Assembly: GCF_016592615.1 (NCBI RefSeq)
Contig: NZ_AP013043.1
Span: 360,001 to 392,000, forward strand
Direction: 5' to 3'
DNA from: Isorropodon fossajaponicum endosymbiont JTNG4
GTDB lineage: Bacteria > Pseudomonadota > Gammaproteobacteria > PS1 > Pseudothioglobaceae
Length of the DNA: 32,000 nt
This document shows, in pieces, positions 29,306 to 32,000 of the stretch. Position numbers and translations under genes: made by a program. Under the pieces are notes generated by a model. That model saw nothing but the letters and a program-made list of their open reading frames with translations. It was not told the origin of the DNA and searched no databases. The stretch's first letter is position 1; each line of letters opens with the position of its first letter.

Positions 29306-30433
29306 TTAACCAGTAATTCGTTCTATGCCCCACCAAATTCCAATTAAAGAAATAACAATTGAAGTTGGGATAATGACTATTTTTTTATAATTTAAATTCA
29401 GTGATTTTATGAAAAATAAAAGTAATACTACACCTGATACAATCACAATTTGTGCCAATTCAACACCGATATTAAAACTGATTAATGTGGTTAAAAAGTT
29501 GTCTGACGACATTTTAAAACTTTTTAACATACTGGAAAAACCTAGACCATGCACAAGTCCAAATAAGAATACAATGATACTTTTTCGCTTGATAGACTGG
29601 TTGGGTAATAAATTTTCAATTGCCACATAAGCAATTGAAAAGGCAATCAGTGGTTCAATAATTCGCCCTGATATTTCTACAATACCAAGCATTGCCAAAC
29701 CCAATGTTAAAGTGTGTGCTAGCGTAAAAGCGCTGACTAATAATAACAATCGTCGCCACATCAATGAAGATAATGCCATGCCAATAATAAATAGAATATG
29801 ATCCCAGCCTAATGGCATAACGTGGTCAAAGCCAATACTTACAAATTGTAGCATCCTTTGCATGGTTGTTATTGGTTCTGGATGGTTAATATCAATCACA
29901 CCACTTGTCGCACCATTACGCAACCAATGCCACTGACTCCAATTATATTCACCCTCTTCATATATTTGATAACGCAATGCGCTATCCCCATAGGCTTTAT
30001 TGTATTGCCACGACAGAGTCTTTGGCCACTTTCTCAGTTGGGTTGAGTAAGTTAATAGGGTTTTTCTAGGTCTTTTCTTATAGCCCACAATATCAATCTT
30101 TGCTGAAGTCAGTGTTAGCTGTTGAGGTCTTTCATTGATTGTTAATAAAATATAATTCAGAAACTCAGTTTCAAAAGCCTTGAATTGCTCTCTCAAATCA
30201 TCTGCTGTTAATGAACGAAGTGTATCGTATTGTGCTGAGTTTGGTGCGTCTGTAGTATTTTTATATTGAGTGCCAATGCCAGTTATTAAAGCTTCAAGAC
30301 TTAAATCAATCACAATGTTGACTTTTTTATCAGGATAGATTGAGATTTCCACCAAAGCAGGCTTGACCACATCTGCTATTGACACACCGATTAACAGCCA
30401 AAATAAGGCGATGACCTTAATCAAATACGGCAT
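29306..30433 (-). CDS. HupE/UreJ-family membrane protein with a large N-terminal periplasmic domain
   Basis: 375 aa with a signal or anchor sequence (VIALFWLLIGVSIA) and a soluble region of about 190 aa. The membrane core has GFDHVMPLGWDHILFIIG and FGLVHGLGF histidine motifs typical of HupE/UreJ-like proteins. Confidence 0.7.
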   Translation of the reverse strand: MPYLIKVIALFWLLIGVSIADVVKPALVEISIYPDKKVNIVIDLSLEALITGIGTQYKNTTDAPNSAQYDTLRSLTADDLREQFKAFETEFLNYILLTINERPQQLTLTSAKIDIVGYKKRPRKTLLTYSTQLRKWPKTLSWQYNKAYGDSALRYQIYEEGEYNWSQWHWLRNGATSGVIDINHPEPITTMQRMLQFVSIGFDHVMPLGWDHILFIIGMALSSLMWRRLLLLVSAFTLAHTLTLGLAMLGIVEISGRIIEPLIAFSIAYVAIENLLPNQSIKRKSIIVFLFGLVHGLGFSSMLKSFKMSSDNFLTTLISFNIGVELAQIVIVSGVVLLLFFIKSLNLNYKKIVIIPTSIVISLIGIWWGIERITG

Positions 30434-30928
30434 TTATTTTTTATTTTTCTTATCTAGACGCTGTTGTTTTTTGCGCTTAACCTCATCCCAATCAATATTC
30501 TCACAAGCCTCACAGTGGCGGTTGACAATGCCTATTTTAACCAACAGCGCATAGATTTTACAACCGGCACAAAAACCCACAATTGCCTCTAGCCACATAA
30601 ATAACAAGCATATCCACACTAAGTTAAGCGCCAACCAGGAAGGCACATAATTTTCATCAACAGGAATATTAGTGCCTAATAAATTGTTAACCCAAAGTGC
30701 AACTGCGTCTGGATTAAAAAAGACAATACACACAGAAATGAAACTCGCCCCTATTATCCAAGCACAACGCTTAGGACCGATAGGCTTCCATTCAGGCTTT
30801 CTACCAATCACTAAAAAACTGACTAATAAAATCGTGGGAGAAAATCGTGCGCCAATAGTTGACATACCTAGTAGCATTTCAATCAAAGCATAAACCAGCA
30901 ATTTGGTTTGAAAAGAATAGTCAAACAC
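30434..30928 (-). CDS. DUF4395-like membrane protein with CxxC motifs
   Basis: 164 aa and about 4 TM helices. SPTILLVSFLVIGRKPEWKPIGPKRCAWIIGASF and GFCAGCKIY resemble DUF4395 as I recall it. A second CxxC is present (HCEAC). It uses a GTG start, which is uncertain. Its stop directly abuts the ATG of the HupE-like gene. Confidence 0.55.
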   Translation of the reverse strand: MFDYSFQTKLLVYALIEMLLGMSTIGARFSPTILLVSFLVIGRKPEWKPIGPKRCAWIIGASFISVCIVFFNPDAVALWVNNLLGTNIPVDENYVPSWLALNLVWICLLFMWLEAIVGFCAGCKIYALLVKIGIVNRHCEACENIDWDEVKRKKQQRLDKKNKK

Positions 30929-31188
30929 TCTTTTTGTTACCTCTACTTGATAAATAATATGATCGTCCTAATCGGTTTCAAAGGTGTCCACTGAGGTGGT
31001 ATTGAGTACCGCATCAATCAAAGTGAAGATCATATAAATCGGGATAATCAACAAAATACCTACACGAACACGTACGCAGTATCATTAATATGTATAGGAT
31101 TCTCGCCTAGGTCGCGAAACCAAAGATTTTTAATGGTATTTTTTAGTTTATCTAACACGCTAAGACTATAATAATATTTATTGAAAAT

Positions 31189-32000
31189 TTAAATCAGTTT
31201 GCCATCATAGTTTTCAATACCAGGGTTGTTGTTTACGCCCTTAATGGTCGGATGATTAACTTTAGTCAAATTAAGATGCTTTTGTTTGCGTAAATAATCT
31301 GCTGCCACATCCCACATTAAACGACCATTGCCAACACTGCCTACCTGTGCCCAACCTGATACTTTATAAGATTTATTCGGATCAATAGGTGTGCCCTCAT
31401 CATCTTTCATATTGCTAATACGCTGACCAAGACCTAAAGCTGGGTCAATCGTATAATCCATACCACCCATGCGCACCATATCGCCACCTGACTGTAAATA
31501 TGGGTCTTGTACAAATAAGTTCTCAGCAATACCTTCTAAGATTTCTTTAAGTTGTGAGCCTTTTAACTCATTCACGTAAGTTTCACCATAAGTCATTGAA
31601 GTGTTGGTCATTAAATCTTCCATTGTTACGTCGTGCCCTGCTGGTACGCTGGTACCCCAACGAACACCTGCTGACATAGCAAAGTCTGCATCGTGCTCTT
31701 CACGTAGTGAATTAACCAGCACTTGATCCCAAGTACCCATAAAATTACCACGACGATATAGAGTTTGCTCGGTGGTGCATAATTTTTCCGTCAAAATTGC
31801 ATCATAGGTTTTACCAACGCGATCAGGGTTGTTTGACATCTTAGCACTACGTGCTTCGACCACATCTTTGTCATATTTAGTAGTACGCATTTTATTAATA
31901 AACGACACCATGGCTGCATCAGGCTTAATAAAGTCAGTCAAAATAGGCAACATTTTGTATTCATAGCCTATAACCTTATGGTCTTTAATGTTCAAATCCA
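31189..32000 (-). CDS. soxB: thiosulfohydrolase SoxB, C-terminal part (5' end lies outside the window)
   Basis: The frame is open to the window edge. It has the 5'-nucleotidase C-terminal domain pattern (GNFMGTWDQVL, RWGTSVPAGHDVTMEDL, GGDMVRMGGMDYTIDP, KVSGWAQVG) typical of SoxB. Confidence 0.8.
   Translation of the reverse strand, partial: DLNIKDHKVIGYEYKMLPILTDFIKPDAAMVSFINKMRTTKYDKDVVEARSAKMSNNPDRVGKTYDAILTEKLCTTEQTLYRRGNFMGTWDQVLVNSLREEHDADFAMSAGVRWGTSVPAGHDVTMEDLMTNTSMTYGETYVNELKGSQLKEILEGIAENLFVQDPYLQSGGDMVRMGGMDYTIDPALGLGQRISNMKDDEGTPIDPNKSYKVSGWAQVGSVGNGRLMWDVAADYLRKQKHLNLTKVNHPTIKGVNNNPGIENYDGKLI

Noticed and set aside
30929-31188. Short frames between soxB and the DUF4395-like gene. 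LDKLKNTIKNLWFRDLGENPIHINDTAYVFV* overlaps a second frame, YCVRVRVGILLIIPIYMIFTLIDAVLNTTSVDTFETD-TAG, which is in frame with the DUF4395-like ORF.
   Set aside because: They have no start codon and no recognisable family. DUF4395-type proteins already have their normal length without this piece. It may be a relic of a small membrane-protein gene, but the evidence is insufficient.

Overview
AT-rich gammaproteobacterial chromosome segment. The gene set (sat-aprMBA, soxB, H+-PPase with PPi-type PFK) looks like a SUP05/Thioglobaceae-type sulfur-oxidising chemoautotroph or symbiont; that lineage call is inference only. Order: ccoG (3' part)-ccoH/fixH; an orphan XRE regulator with striking palindromes; znuC; polA; argS; a RecB/AddA-like helicase-nuclease; an internally deleted mreB relic; thiE; an extended lptC and lptA; the reverse APS pathway sat-aprM-aprB-aprA; a terminator-bounded three-gene operon (unknown / SlyD-like FKBP / unknown). 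On the minus strand: pfp-adk-[frameshifted gene]-hppA. Next comes a ~4.7 kb decayed accessory stretch: intact MNT with a broken HEPN partner, a shattered Ca-binding beta-helix surface-protein gene cut by an IS3-family element that is itself inactivated, an IS5 transposase relic, and an OMP relic. The window ends with a HupE/UreJ-like and DUF4395-like membrane pair downstream of soxB (5' end outside the window). I found no rRNA, tRNA or CRISPR array. I see no complete, obviously novel multi-gene system. The best leads are the apr-linked three-gene operon, the clustering of AMP/PPi-handling genes around sat-apr, the DUF4395/HupE pair beside soxB, the duplicated LptC tail, and at least seven decayed loci beside intact housekeeping genes. 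All family calls come from motif recognition by eye; no database search was run.
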